This document shows positions 63,168 through 64,000 of a stretch of 64,000 bases of DNA, piece by piece; position 1 is the first letter of the stretch, and every line of letters starts with the position of its first letter. Below the pieces are notes generated by a model, which had not been told where the DNA came from, ran no database searches, and worked only from the letters and a program-made list of their open reading frames with translations. Source of the stretch: a virus (Duplodnaviria > Heunggongvirae > Uroviricota > Caudoviricetes); IMG/VR virus record IMGVR_UViG_3300048593_000456, positions 26,514-90,513 of that record; one strand, 5' to 3'. A program made the translations under genes and the position numbers.

Positions 63168-64000
63168 ATGGAAATTAGTTACGCCAGATCTTCACTGCTT
63201 GGTTCTTACGCCTACTGTCAGTTAAAAACATATATTACATACAACTTAGGAATTCAAGAACCTAGTCAGCTAAAAGCAAATTTGGGAACGATTACCCATA
63301 AAGCACTTGAAATATTAGCTAACTGCAAAAAACAAATACAGGATAATCCTAAAAATAAAAAATTTATATTCAACGATGCGGATTTTGGGGAAATTAAATA
63401 TAGCTATAAAACACTAATGTCGGAAGAATTTGTTAAAACTATATTAAATTTATCCTATGAATATTATACTAAAAACACTCCGCATTTAAACTATATTCGT
63501 AATGAGCATTATCCTTTTTGCGAAAAAATGGTGGACGCTTGCTTAAATATAAACAGTGGTCAATTTGATCCTAGAAAAATGAATATATTGCAAGCAGAAT
63601 GCCCATTCGATTTAGAAGTAAAACAGCCTTGGGCTAACGGCTTAAGGCTGAAAGGCACAATGGATTTATTGACACTCGGAGATTCTGACACTATAGAGTA
63701 TGTAGATTATAAGACAGGGGCAAGAAAAGATTGGGCTACTGGCGAGATTAAAGACCTGCCTAAACTGCAAAAAGATATACAACTATTGCTGTATTATTAC
63801 GCAATAAGACAAATATTTCCGCAATACAAGAATGTAATTATGACAATATTCTTTCTGCGTGATGGCGGACCTTTTACCGTCTTGTATGATAGTAAAGACG
63901 AAGAATACTTCATGAATGAACTAAAAAGACTTTATATAGAAATAAAAAATAACAAAAATCCTAAACCAATCAATAGATGGAGAAGCGATTTTAGATGTCA
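63168..64000 (+). CDS. RecB/Cas4-family PD-(D/E)XK nuclease (3'-truncated by window end)
   Basis: ATG with RBS. GTMDLLTLGDSDTIEYVDYKTG is the D...E-x-K motif. QLLLYYYA is the QxxxY motif. No stop before position 64000. Confidence 0.55.
   Translation, partial: MEISYARSSLLGSYAYCQLKTYITYNLGIQEPSQLKANLGTITHKALEILANCKKQIQDNPKNKKFIFNDADFGEIKYSYKTLMSEEFVKTILNLSYEYYTKNTPHLNYIRNEHYPFCEKMVDACLNINSGQFDPRKMNILQAECPFDLEVKQPWANGLRLKGTMDLLTLGDSDTIEYVDYKTGARKDWATGEIKDLPKLQKDIQLLLYYYAIRQIFPQYKNVIMTIFFLRDGGPFTVLYDSKDEEYFMNELKRLYIEIKNNKNPKPINRWRSDFRC

Overview
The window reads as a 64-kb segment of a large, AT-rich, virulent tailed dsDNA phage genome. Every credible gene is on the + strand; all listed minus-strand ORFs are short, sit inside + genes and look spurious. 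No structural-virion or lysis module is recognisable, so this is an early/middle region devoted to nucleotide metabolism, replication/recombination, RNA/tRNA repair and many small accessory genes.

Recognisable content:
- Deoxynucleotide metabolism: a class II-like ribonucleotide reductase, dUTPase, thymidylate-synthase homolog, small dCMP/cytidine-type deaminase, T4 gp1-like dNMP kinase, HAD-family nucleotidase, PRPP synthetase, Nampt (NadV).
- Replication/recombination: RecA/UvsX-like recombinase, DnaB-like helicase, DnaG-like primase, OB-fold SSB, and a RecB/Cas4-like nuclease truncated by the window end.
- RNA/tRNA repair: Rnl2-type RNA ligase, Pol-beta-type nucleotidyltransferase, Thg1-like protein, PNK-type P-loop kinase, two metallophosphoesterases and several HD-domain proteins, next to a tRNA cluster (tRNA-Asn GUU, tRNA-Tyr GUA, tRNA-Met CAU, one tRNA with an unresolved anticodon, and one 88-nt tRNA-like RNA).
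- Three inteins: two LAGLIDADG inteins (one in the RNR, one in RecA) and one split intein.
- Free-standing homing-type endonucleases: GIY-YIG, HNH and a Vsr/DUF559-like nuclease.
- A phage sigma-70-family factor.
- About ten consensus TTGACA-N16/17-TATAAT promoters.

Most striking: the RNR gene is fractured into two ORFs by a split intein, with a free-standing GIY-YIG endonuclease gene between the two intein halves.

Coordinates of CDSs follow the supplied ORF track (ends include the stop codon). Starts were moved to an in-frame ATG where the track began on TTG/GTG upstream of a better start. Non-CDS coordinates may be off by about 1 nt because I could only read the sequence by eye.
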